A stretch of DNA of 64,000 nucleotides, from assembly GCA_038496445.1 (NCBI GenBank), contig JALMLS010000268.1, positions 62,001 through 126,000 on the forward strand, given 5' to 3'. This stretch comes from Trichosphaerium sp. ATCC 40318. Taxonomy: Eukaryota; Protista; Tubulinea. Below are positions 30,998-44,000 of this stretch, one piece after another. The translations under genes and the position numbers were made by a program. The notes under the pieces were generated by a model, which ran no database searches, was not told the DNA's origin, and saw nothing but the letters and a program-made list of their open reading frames with translations. Each line of letters begins with the position of its first letter. The first letter of the stretch is position 1.

Positions 30998-33900
30998 CTA
31001 TATGTGATAGTGCTATACATAACTTATCATACACATCTTCATTTTTGCGAACATACGCCTGTGTTTTTGCTTCTAATTTATCAAGTACTTTTGGTGATAC
31101 CTCTGCTAAGTCACAACCGAAAACATCATCTTCAGGTTGTAAACGATAATATGTATCAGCAGGTAAAAAATCGGATACAATACCGCTTATACTACATCAC
31201 GTGAGCAAAATAAATTATTTCAAAAACACACTGACAACCCACTAAGAGTAGGCAGCGTCGTTGTCAAGGAAGTAACGTACTTTTCAGTGTCAGTACAACT
31301 CGAAATCAAAGTTTGACACAAGTTGACATAATATGACCTTTTGTTGCTTTTTCTGGTGTTTTACCTGTACCACATGACACTACTACATCAAGTTTACGAT
31401 TAGGCCATATCTTTTTAACTTCATGAAGTGCTATAGCTGTAGGATTATTCGCTGTAAGCGCTCCATCCTGAAATATGTTTCCATCTTTTTTAAGACTATC
31501 AAAATATGTTGGTGCTGCTGATGAAGCACGTACACCATGCCAATACTTCGAACTACAGTCACCCTAACACCTTTAATTCAGTACTAACAATGTTATTCGC
31601 AAGGCATTGTACCTTGTAACGAGAATCAGATACATCTGGCCCAAACGTGTAATTTCGAAAGACATATGTTGCAGGTGGCGAAACAGTCACCAGAGTCGAC
31701 ACAAGGGAAACCTTTTCAATAAACAGTAAGGCAACAGTGATATTGAAGTAATAAACAAGTTTTCTTAATAAAGTACCTTTACTGTAGACTCCATAACAGT
31801 ATCAATAGAGGCCATTTGACCATATAATTTTTGTAGAATATCTTCCAATGGCTTAATGGAATAAAAAGACCCACGCTGAATTGCAATTAACATTTTAGGC
31901 TTTGCAATGATAGCTTACCTTTATCATCGATGTAGTTGCAATTAACTGAGCCCAAGTACCTTTAGCTGGAGTAGGAACCCAAGATGAGGTCTAAAGGAGA
32001 TGAGTTTAAGCAGCATTACGGTTACAAAATAAAAGCTGTGGAACATACAAGTTTGTTGTCTCTATCCTCAAAAGAGTCCATTGATAGAGTTGTTGTCTCT
32101 GATTCTTTCTCTACGTTTTTCTTCGCACTTCCAGAAGGAACAAATATAAGAGAACAAAGATCTCTAGAAATCCGTCATGAGCTTCCAACCAAACGATGAA
32201 AAAAAAAACTGCAAACAAAAAAGTATTAAAAGATGTTACCTGTACAATGTTGAAATAGTCGCCATGTTTCTTCCACTGAGAATCAGCGAAGCGAGAATAG
32301 CTCCTGTAGAAGTACCACAAACATAATCGAAAAGATCACAGATCTAACATTAAGACATTATGAGCAAATAATAAAAAAAATACCAATCGAAAACTCTAAC
32401 CTTTTTTCCTGTTTTCTCTTCGATAGCTTGTAACAGTTTACACGTGACCAATCCTCGTGTGCCGCCACCATCTAAAGTGAGTACACGTATACCACGCTTA
32501 CTAGTACCAAAACCGCTCACCAACTCTAAACACTGCAAGTCAAAACCAAAACTAGAACTGATACCAAAATGCCGCACCATTTTGTCCAAATATAGCCAAT
32601 ACCCTCGTTGCTTGTTTGACAACTTGACTATCATTACTTCTCAAGCATGATTTTATCAAATCTATAGTACACTCAAACATAATCTCTTTACGTAATTCCT
32701 TTTCAAGAGCCATATTGCCAATCGTATTTAGCACAAGAACATGAATTTCAGGATTTACAATATCACTTTTTAACAACGATACCAGTAAACCCATGACTTG
32801 TTTCTCTTCATGCATCTTGGCTCTATTAGGCTCTATACGAATCAAGTTAAAAACGAAAAAAATACAATTTCTATGCGTACCATGAGCTGTAAGAAAGTTA
32901 ACAGCAGACAAAGCACTAAGTTGAATCGATGGATCTGAGTTAAGTCCCAAACATACAATCTCTTCAATACCACCACTATCAACTATCCTTCCTTGAAAGC
33001 ACTCTATACATATCAACATAAGTACGCAACAATACTAAAGTGTTAAAAGTACCTTGTTGAGCGAGGTAAGTCAATGCAAAGACTAAAAATGGATGTGGAG
33101 AAGATCTCAATAAAATCAGCAGTTGAGGTAGTTTATCAACTTTCTCATCAATGACTTCAGCTTTCATGCCCTTTTCCGTCTCTATGCTACATAAATACTA
33201 TAAGTTATAGTATTGATCGTACTTCTTAGGTATAGGTTTGCAACCCGCAACTGAGTCAAGTCACAATCTGTGAAATCTCGAGGTAAAATCATTATTTTGT
33301 TGCCTTGCAAGTTCAATATTTTCAAGGCTTTGAGAGAACATAAGCTGATAGGTAAGTTTGTAATTTGATTATGTGATATATCTAGCTTCCTTAGGTTGGT
33401 CATATTACTCATATTTTTTAAAAAGTCCTTTGTTTCAAGCCTGTTATGACCCAAGTCAAGCTCTTCAACCTAAATTCAAATAATCAATTGATTTCAAAAT
33501 TCTTTTTTCAGTTATGACGTACACTAGACAGTTTATAAACTGGTGCTACTGATTTTAGCTTATTCTTTGCAAGCAGAATTCTTTGTAAACCGACCATAAG
33601 TGCAAGAGAAGACGGTAGTTCATGCAAATGATTATGCTTTATATTTAGTGTAAGAAGGCCTGTAAGTTTGCCAATCTCTGCCGGTAAGTATTCTATTACG
33701 TTGTGACTTACATCTAATACCTTCATAGAGCATAGTAAACCTAAAAGCATAATGAGATTAACCTTCAAGTAAGCAAAGAAAAAACAATGTTGAAGATTCC
33801 GTTTCTTTTAAGATTGTTATGTACCAAGCTCTTTTGGAAATGATTTAAGCTTATTATGTGATAAATCTAAGCGTGTGACAGTGTTCCAAAATCCAATACG

Positions 33901-35528
33901 CTCTTTGATAAAAAAATAAAGAGTTAGCAATGACCAAAACAAGAACAAGTTGCTCTTTTTTTCTTCCTTTTTTTTTACAGATAATAGGCCTTGCTTCACG
34001 TACTTGATACTTTATGGAGGTGATTGTGACTGAGATTTATTTCAGTCAGTGCGCGAATACCACAAAGAGAATGTGGTATTCTAGATAGTTTATTATGGCT
34101 CAAATTAACTGCATTTAGTGAAGTTCCAATTCGTTGAAGTTGTGTCAAAAACTAATCAAAACATCAACATAAAATCACACGCCACATGAGATACTTTAAC
34201 AGAAATAGTGCTATAACTTACGTTTGTTGGCTTTACCATTGGTGATTTGAATTGATTTTTGTCAAGCCGAAGTTCCTCCAATCGTGTCATATCACCCAAA
34301 TGAGGAATAGTCATCAATTTGTTATCTCTTGCAAATACATTAGCGCTTTACAGTTAAAAACTGTTTCGTATGTACCTTAAATTCAAAGACCTTATATTAT
34401 ACATCCTATCAATATCCTTGGAAAGAACCATAATATGATTCTTTTCTAGAGACAGCACGTGCAGATTTGTTAATTTGGCTATTTATAAAACATTAAAAAA
34501 AAAAACCACAGCTACACTCTACGTAACAAGTATAAAACACTTACATATTGAAGAAGGTAAATTCTGAACTTCGTTATCGTATAGCGACAATATCTTCAAG
34601 TTTGTCAAGTTTGCTAAAACAGCCTCATTAGCGTTTAAAAGCGTAAAAAAATGGTTGTAAAAATACCAATGTCAGATGATATCCCACGTATTTTGCACGT
34701 GTGTAACTCAATTTCTTGAAGAGTCACAAGTTTACATAGATTGTCATCAATGCTTAAGAGCATATGCCGTGCCAGTTTCAATTTACACAAGTTATTTGCT
34801 TTGTATACAACGGCAGGAATCGATTGAAGTTGAAGATCAAATGGCGGAGCTGAAACAATGCGTATCTCTGATACTAAGTTACCAACAACATCACAAAGCT
34901 TCTGATACAACGTCTCATCAACTGTTTGCTGCGTAAAGATTAGAGTTTAGAGATTAAACGCCATTTGAAGCGAAAATAGTTTAAAATCGACAAATATTGT
35001 TTTGGTGGCTTGCTAACGCGTTAAAACTGTTTCTTGAGACTGTGAGACTCATTATTGAAGTTGTCGCGACACGTACTGATTTTGACGAGTTGCTTGTAAG
35101 ATCATCTGTAACTACATCCTTGTACACGCCTAGGTGCTCCGCCATTTCAGTGACTAGCCCTTTGATATCCTGTGAAACTTTGAATGTCGCGGTTTTATTT
35201 TTATTTGTCTTTACTTCTACATGCATATGACCGCTTGACTGCTCCTTTGTAAGTTGGAGAATTCTCGCTGTTAAAAAATGTAACGCGCCTTTTTTTTGTG
35301 TGTAGCCCATAGGTATGAAGGTAACAAGCCCAAAAATTTAGATTTTGAGGCATGAGGAGCGGGGTTATGTTCCACTTTAACTTTTTTGCGTACTGGCTCT
35401 TCAGGAGCGTTCTTGGTTGTACCAGACGCGGCGGGAGCCTTCCACGCCCATTGATTCAGCCTATTGACGACATCCCAATAGCTATCACGACGTTGAATCC
35501 CGGGCTTGTCTCCATCCTCTTCTGCCAT
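30998..35528 (-). CDS. LRR + ARM-repeat + patatin-like phospholipase A2 (iPLA2-gamma/PLAI-like), multi-exon
   Basis: Many LxxLxLxxNxL repeats, ARM-like helices (VLVLNTIGNMALE, VVKQATRVLAIFG), and patatin motifs VLTLDGGGTRG, GTSTG, GVRASSAAPTYF and FQDGALTANNP. Confidence 0.88.
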
Positions 35529-35701
35529 TACAACTCACGAAATAAAACGCTGAGACTCATTTTGACACTTCAACACGACTTAAAGGAGCGCAACACAATC
35601 TAAAAGACACGGCCGTTACAAAGGAATACATAGCTTGTTATTCACGCACAGTATAATTTCAAGAAACAACGTGGTTGTGAAAACGAACAAAAACCAAACA
35701 C

Positions 35702-36858
35702 ATGTCGTTCGCCGACCTTCCTCCTGAATTATTATGTATTATTGCCGAGAATCTTCACAGTATTGCTGATTTTTGGACGCTACAATTAGTATCGCGCGGT
35801 TTCAACGATTTCTGGCGTAGTGACGTATTATGGAAGCCAATGTACAAAGCGGAGGATGAATTTAACGTCAATGACTTGACTTGTTTCCCAGATGATTATT
35901 CATGGCGCAAAAAGTTCTTGAGTGGTATGTAGCGCATGAAGCATTCCAAAACCGTTATTTATAAATAAACATAGCCAGAATCACGAAAGGCTGCGACACT
36001 AAGCTCGCACAGTTCTCTAATACATCACCACGCTGGTTAAAGGTACAAACAGCAATTACTGTTTTAGCAATTTAACATTTTATGTCAAGGCTTGTCGCGT
36101 TCGTGTTGATACCAAATACACCTTACGAGTCACGCATCTTGGCGCTCACATGAACTATGTTGACAAAGCAGCTTTTGCTCTATACACAGACGATGACAAC
36201 GCCTATCCTGCGAAGCTACTTACGAAAACAGGTGAGTACATTTTTATCAAGAAAAAAAAAAGCATTATTCTGACATTGGTTTTCGCTCAGATTTCACGCT
36301 TTCATTGAGGTCCCTTAACCCCTCAAAAGACGTAAAGAAAGGATTTAAGCTACCTGTACCTGTAAAACAGTCAGTGTTAATAACGAGTGGTTGGTATTGG
36401 GTAGTTGGAATATACACTGAAGTGACACGTGTCCACGAGGTAATCAAATTATTTGTTTCAGTTTTTTCTACTTTATTTATTAATGACACTTAGCTACCTC
36501 GAGATAAATCATCGGGTGAGTACAATGAACAGGTATGTTAACACCAATGCCAAAGGGAGGGTTGTTTTAACTTTGTGTTACTTAGGAAGACGTTGTGTTT
36601 AGAGCAACAGTTGTGCCACGTTCTGGGGGATATGGAGAATTTCCTGATATCTACCCAGATAGAACACAAGCTCAGACATCTTACAGAAAAAATGCGTCGT
36701 ATTTCATAGATGCTGTTATTCACAGTCCTAAATTTAATCACAATGTTAATTCAGCTTCATATACCGCGATAAAAGAATTTATACCTTCAGAAAAAAAATG
36801 TGTTGCAGATGCCAGTGCGAATGCAGTAGTGAAGAAATCATCTAGTGCGCGTTGGTAG
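35702..36858 (+). CDS. F-box protein with unrecognised C-terminal domain (multi-exon)
   Basis: MSFADLPPELLCIIAENL..LQLVSRGF..DVLWK; downstream exons join to a stop at 36858. Confidence 0.7.
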
Positions 36859-37106
36859 TATCAAACAATAAAATATTGTTTCACGTGACCATGATTTGGT
36901 GAGTAAGATATAGTTCACAGTGACCGCAATGAACAATGACATGAACAAGAAGTAAAACAAAATCAAACTACAATCTAGAACTTTGCTGGCAACGACCGTT
37001 TTTGCTTGTATAGTTATTTTTGAAAAAGAAGGTATAAACAAACAACTTAAAAACTTCGTGCGAGTGACTATGTTTATTGACCATTTGGTATTTTTTTTTG
37101 AACGTA

Positions 37107-38280
37107 TTATCCCATTACAGCATCATCATCTGAGCTGTATTCACTGGAATTAGAGGCACTATCAGAGATTGACATTGAGTCATCATCACCATCGTTCCTT
37201 CTTGCACACATATTTTTTACTTGATCCAAGCTCATAAGCTGTGCTTCATGAAACGAATGTTCTGAAAAAAAATCAACAAAATCATTGAGCTTTAAAACTC
37301 ACGTTTAAATTTGCTGATGTTTGTTATAGCCCTGAAGTAGAATTTGATTCTTAGCTTCTCAATGTCATCTTGTGTAACTTTCTGAGTTAACACATGCACC
37401 ATGTTACTAACACAGTCATTCTCATACTCTGAGTCATACAGAGATCCGACAGTGTACTCTTTCTGATTTTTGCAAAAAAAGTTAAAAAATATTGAGTATT
37501 GCTTGACAGTACAGTAACGTTGTATCCTTTAGTACCGTTTTCCTGAGCTGTGTAAATATGATAGATATAAACAAAACTGGGTAAGTGAAAGTATTGGGAG
37601 TACTTCAATCTGCTTCACAACAGCAGCATGATCAATTTGCTCCTGAGCTAATTTATTTCTTATACTTGTATCAAACATGTGTTCCAGTTCCCAAGTTAAC
37701 GTCTCTGTACCAGTTCTAAAGCCTTCAAATTCTAGCTTTACCTATTATTGTAACATTCAGTAATAAGCATGATCAAACGCAAGAGTAAACTCACCATGAC
37801 ATATTCCGGTTTCTTGGGAGTTTTATTGAATAAGTCATCATCAAAGTCACCTTGAAACTCAATATCTTCACTATCGTAATCACTAGACACCCTTGCGTTA
37901 AGACATCTACACTTGATTGGTACATCCATATCTTTTATGTAGTTGTCTTGACACGTTTTAAACCCTCTGCATTTTCCTGGACAACGTTGAAAAAACAATA
38001 CGAGATCAAAAGATATAATACCTTTAAAAGAAAAAGCATAAGGAGCTAATTTCTCATTTACTTTTTCCAAAGCATCATCAAAACACTCTTCATCATCGGA
38101 AGAGTGTAACTGATTGAATTCTTCGAAATAGGGGCCGTTTATATCATCAAAGAAAGGGGAATGTATCTAGCATTGAAACGTGAACTTTTGTTGTATTTTT
38201 TTGTTAGTACTTGCATATGCTTTAATGCCAAAGCACTCAATACCATATGACCTATCCCTTCGTTGTTGTTCAATATCCAT
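37107..38280 (-). CDS. Hypothetical multi-exon protein with Cys-rich segment and acidic tail
   Basis: MDIEQQRRDRSYGIECFG..., CPGKCRGFKTCQDNYIKDMDVPIKCRCLN, tail DGDDDSMSISDSASNSSEYSSDDDAVMG*. Confidence 0.5.
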
Positions 38281-38752
38281 GCTACATGTTAAAGTATTAA
38301 AAAGGTGTTTGTAAAGGAAGGTTGTAACGTAACGGAGAAAACAAATTAAGAAGTATGTAAGATTTGTGACAAAAGTATTGAAGTCATGTGATTGTATAAC
38401 CACATCTTACTTTGTCATTGGATCAAGATTTGCTGTTCACGTGATGGAAGAAAACGAAAAACCGTTAATACAATTTATATCACCCAGGGCCGTATGTAAA
38501 TGTAGGCAACCACAAGGCCAAATGCGCATGTGAAGCATAACGGGGAACAAAGCAAAAAAAAAACGTTATTCCAAAAGATTATGGTACCTGGATGCGGGGT
38601 GAATACACCAATATACAACAACGCGCTATTGTACACTAAGAGAACAGTGCAAAGTCGTTTTGGTCCTGTGGGATAATTTTACACAATAAAATCGCCTACG
38701 CATTTACTATTCGGTTTGTTAATTATCTCAATTGTAAAGCTAACACTGCAGT

Positions 38753-40836
38753 ATGTCTGATAGCGAGTCAGACCATGAGCGTCGTACGTCATTTATTGCC
38801 TCTTTGTAGGGTTTTTTATCATTAACACCGTAAAGGCGGCCGTAAGCGCCACCACCGCGATGATAGGAGTCACGATAAAAAAAGAAGACGTAGAAGGGAC
38901 AAAGAGAAGAGCAGCAGCAGTAAATCTAAAAGCAAAGCAGAACCAGAGGTGCCAACGCGATTAACACGCTGGGATCCTGAAGACAGAAAAACATTTTTGC
39001 CTGGTGTACCAACATACGTCCCAGACAACATAAGCGGCCCTGAGATGGAAGCTTTACACATCAGAATCAGATTTGAAGAAATTACTTTCAAACTAGTGCA
39101 CCAAGGTTACCATATGGATCTACAAGAGCGACCGGGTAGAGAAAGGTACACTTTTAACTTGTGCTTAGCATTTGCCAACGAATTTGTTGATAGGTCACCA
39201 TCACCACCTCCAGAGTACGACAAACACGGTAAAAGAACGAATACACGCGATATACGCATCAAAAACAAGCTTGAAAGGTACTTATAACTTTATTGTTTTA
39301 AAGCGACGTATTTGTACTTAATCTATTATAAAGGGAGCGCCACACACTTGTAGAAAAAGCATACAGGATTAATCCAATGTTTAAACCACCTACAGACTAT
39401 AAAAACGTATCTGTTAAAAAAACTAAAAAAGTTTTCATTCCAATCGACGAATTTCCAGAATATAATTTCATTGGTTTAATTATTGGGCCACGGTACGTGT
39501 TTTTTATTGACATTCTGGCGTTTTATTATTTTTTTTTTGAATTTTTTTTTGCAAAAAACTCGCTTCTATTCGGTTTATTTAGCTTGAATCCTTACTCATG
39601 TCTATAGTGGTATGACACAAAAAAAGATGGAACGTGAATCAGGCGCCAAAATTTCAATTAGAGGCAAAGGATCTGTGAAAGAAGGAAAAGTCAAAGCTGG
39701 AAGACCACAAGATGATGAAGATGAAGATTTGCATGTTCTCGTAACTGCTGATACTGAAAAGCAACTTGAGGTTGCTAGTATGATGATTGCTAAACTATTG
39801 ATTCCTGTAGAAGAAGGTAAGATGCGCACAGTAGAAAAACACATGACGCACAAGATAATTTTGGAATTTTTTTTTTGGTTTTGAAGTACTTTCAAGGTGT
39901 TAACTTTGTATGTTTAGGACGTAATGAACATAAGCGAAACCAACTTAGATTGCTCGCTGAGATTAATGGTACACTTCGTGAAACAATGTTGCAGCCACAT
40001 ACAAGGTAAGAAAGCTGTTTTTTGTTGCAAAACAAAAATGTCAACGAATTATTTTTTGAAAGATAACCTTTGCTTGTTCTGTCACTATTATAAGACAGTT
40101 CTTTTATTTTCTACTACTATTTTTTTTCTGAGTTCTTACAATTGTTTATAGAACATGGAGAGCACCTGATGTTTATTGTAAACACTGCGGTGAAATTTCT
40201 CACGCAACAATTGATTGTCCACTCAAACATGCACCTGTTGATAAGGCTAAAATTGATTCTGAATATAACGACTTTATGTCTGCTATTGGTGAGACACAGA
40301 CAACTGCTAAGGCCAGTCAAGAGGCTAGTAAGAAGACAGAGGTAAGCGATTACAATAATTTCCTTGTAGTTTTTTTCTTTAGTCTTCTTGGTTACTTATA
40401 TTTCTTGTAGGAAACGTACATGAACTTTATGTCTACTATCGACAATCTTACAGAAGACAAGGGCCCAGCTCCTCCTACAAACCCACCGCCGCCAGCAGCG
40501 CCTGCGCCATGGCAACAAGGAAGTGCTGCAGCGCCTGCAGCACCTGCACCATGGCAACAAGGAAATGCCGCTGCGCCTGCAGCACCTGCGCCTTGGCAAC
40601 AACAGGGTGGTGCACCAGCACCATGGCAACAGCAAAGCGGCGCAGCGCCACCAGCAGCACCAGCACCTTGGCAACAACAGGGCGGTGCGGCGCCATGGCA
40701 ACAAGGGCAACCGCCTCAGCCAGGACAGGCCGCGCCATGGCAACAAGGGCAACCACCTCAGCCAGGACAACCCCCACAGCCAGCTCAACCTCCTCCGCCA
40801 AGCCAACCTGCTCCTCCTTACCCTCCTCAACAATAA
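38753..40836 (+). CDS. SF1: Splicing factor 1 / branchpoint-binding protein (KH-QUA2, CCHC zinc knuckle, Pro/Gln tail)
   Basis: [82 protein letters not shown] and [15 protein letters not shown]. Confidence 0.93.
40490..40790 (+). repeat. GC-rich coding tandem repeat encoding APWQQ(G/Q) units in the SF1 tail
   Basis: GCGCCATGGCAACAA-like unit recurs about 7 times. Confidence 0.85.
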
Positions 40837-41043
40837 ATTTTTCCCTCTATGGTAGATCGTTTTTCCTTGTTGGTTATGATGCAAGCGTTTACCGCTAAGA
40901 TTGTTTTTGTAGTGTTTGTATCTGTGTTAGTAATAATTCTTGACTAAAAGAGAAATTACACGATTTTGTTAAAATAACTACGCAACGTTTTTATTCACGT
41001 GCGATTATCTGGTGGTTAAATCGAGTCTTTGGACGCTAAGGGT

Positions 41044-44000
41044 ATGGCCGATAATATCGTACAGTGTGATATTCGGTTAGTAAAGGTTGAAAGAAATGGT
41101 ATTGAGAAACTAAGCGGCCTTGACGTTACATTAAAGATCACTGGTACAGTAGGAAGCGTTTGTATATTTTGCGCAAGCTTTAGATTTTTTTTTTCTATTT
41201 TCAAAAATGTAAAGCTTACGGAGGAGTAGATGCTCCTAAATTGATTGCAGCGGCATATCCAGATGCTGAAAATGTAGAATACTTATATTTTGATCGTGTG
41301 AAATGGCCAAAGACTATGAGCGCTATCATTACAATAGCGTGCAAGGTACTTGTTTCCACTGTTAATAAAAAAGTATTTTTTTGATTTTTGTTTTGTTTTG
41401 GAGTTATTTGGATTTAAATCACGTGATTATTTTAAAACACTATTGTAGGCGAATAAGTTCGTTATCACACAAGCATTGGCGCCTTCAATTATAAAAAAGG
41501 GTAAGGTCACATTGACGTGCACAGGAAATACAGCAAACCCAAAGATCACTCTTCGTATCTACCAAACAAAAAAAACCAAAATACTCCGAGGGAACAGGGC
41601 AAAGTCTCTTACTAGAGCTCCTGGTTTTGTTAGAGATGCAAGAAGACGTGTTGCAAGTATGTTTCCAAGGAAGAAGAACGCAGTAACTAGGTCTGCGCCT
41701 GTAGTACAGATTCAAACGGAACCAGCAGTCCGTATTATTGATCCAACAGACACTTTGACAAAGATGCATTCTGTCGGTAGGAAAGAATCAAATTCTGCTA
41801 GTAGTGCTGAGGGTTTAATGCGTCGAAGCCAGACACCACCAAGAGATAGGGCGTATGCAATAGGAGATAAATCGAACTTAACTAGTGAGCAAAGAGGTAA
41901 TTTTTGTTCAGTTTTGTATACGTTGTACTAAGTCCCACTTAGGTATCGTTGACAGGTTGGCAAAGCAACCAATTATGTCGGGTGATGGGCATACTATGAA
42001 AGCTTTAACAGAATCAGGGTCTCAAAATAGCCATTCATCAAGCATGGCATCTCATAGGGAAAGCGAACTAAAATCATTTGAAACAGATTCTCGTACAACA
42101 AGAGAGAAATTTTCAAAGAATGTTACTGTTCTATATGGTCATTCGTTCATAAATACTGTATTCCGTGGTTTAAAGTTATGTGATGAATGCGATAAACGAC
42201 TTGAAGGTGCTTACAAGATGGGCTACGACTGTCAACGTACGACAACATCAAACAACTATTTTTTGGAGCCAAGAAAAAACACGTGTTTCTGACTCCACAC
42301 TGTTTAGTTTGTAATCATCGAATTTGTAAGGATTGTTTCAAATCTACTTTAAGGCAAAGATGTACACATGAAAAAGAAAGAGCGCCAACTAAAAGTACAA
42401 ATGAACATGAGTTCGTGTGGGATAGTTGGACCAAAGTATGCATTATTGGTTTTAAAAATAGATTATTTCAATTAACGGTTTGTTTTAGAGTTTGCAAGTT
42501 TTTGTACCTACTGAGAAGCTAGTCATAGAAAGCACTATGACAAGCAAAGGTATTGATACACTAGAAATTCATGAGTACTAACAAAAAGTACGCTAGAGCT
42601 AAAGAAACTTCACCGGTTCTCAAGAAATTTCGGACATTTCAAAAAACTACGTTTGAAACACAACAAGTTGACATCTTCGGTATGTTTTTCGTTAGCACTA
42701 TAATTCAGTTATAAGATGATATCCAAATAATGTTCTTAGGATGCCATAAGTATGGGAAAGACGATACAAAACTTGAAATTCCTTGAAGTATTGGACCTAT
42801 CAAAAAATGAGATTGAAGCGAAAACACTCACTAATCTCTTTCCTTTCTTGAGAAAATCACACTGTTTGAAAGAGCTTAACTTGGCTGGTAACAAAATAAC
42901 AGATACCAAAGTATGTCAACAAAAACATATCCGAGATATTCAAACAAAGTGCTTTTTTCTCATCTTGTTGAATAGATTGTCACTGATATTGGTCATCTAT
43001 TGGCCGATAGCACTTCTTTAGAGACTCTGGATATATCAGGAATGATAATAGAGAAGGTTAGATATAACAAAAATAGCACCTTTCCATTTTTAATAGTCTT
43101 CAAACAGAACATGTCAATTGTAGATACTTTGATGACTAAGAATTCTTCTTTGACAAAACTCTATTTATGCGACTGCAAGTACGTTACCATAATAGACAAT
43201 TCTCTCTTTATATACTCACGTATCTTAATTTTAGGCTCCTACCACGAGTTATAGAAGGTATAGTAGAGCTTGTTAGGAATAAAAGCGTACTTAAAGTGTT
43301 GGACCTCACGGGTAACATCAATATTGGTGGTAAGAAACAGAAAAAAATAACCTCAAGGTTTTAACTAACACGTGATCAATAAAAAGATAAGGAATTGGAG
43401 GCTCTATCTGAGGCTTTGAAATATAATACCTCGTTATCGAACCTTTCTTTGAAACGTACATCAATAACTCATGAGGTAAGTAATCACGTGATAATTAGCA
43501 AGAAAGTAATTTTCTTGTTTTTGAAAGGGTACAATTTCACTTGCGAAAATGCTTCCATACAACATTGCTCTTCGAAGTATTAATCTAAAAGACACAAAAA
43601 TAGAAACAAGTGTGAACCTAGTAGGTGCGTATAGAATTCTATACGCAAAGTATTGTAAACGCTTACCGTTTTGTTAATAGAACTAAAAAAAGCTGTCCAT
43701 GAAAAGTTCTTTACTATTGTCGTTTTGACGTCAAGTGGAGGTCTAGGGCTTTGGGAAGAGTTTGCAGTTTCTAGTGCAGCTAAGCATGGCACTCTACGTA
43801 ATTTAAAAATGGACGGTGATTTGACAACGGGTGTTGCTGAACAAATAGAAACGTCTGTCATGAAGATGCTTATGGGTAGTAAAAGAGGATTAATACTTGA
43901 AAGGTAACTCGCTGTCTTTGTACCTCAGGATGCCGTATTTAATATGAGTTATAGATTTAACACAACTGATGGCCCTAAAAATAATCATGACAGAAAGCCT

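Noticed and set aside
40490-40790. Regularly spaced short repeats resembling a CRISPR array
   Set aside because: The repeats are in-frame coding units with no unique spacers and no cas genes, in a eukaryotic context.
40396-40898. Overlapping ORFs on both strands and in alternate frames
   Set aside because: They are shadows of the GC-rich APWQQ repeat in the last SF1 exon.
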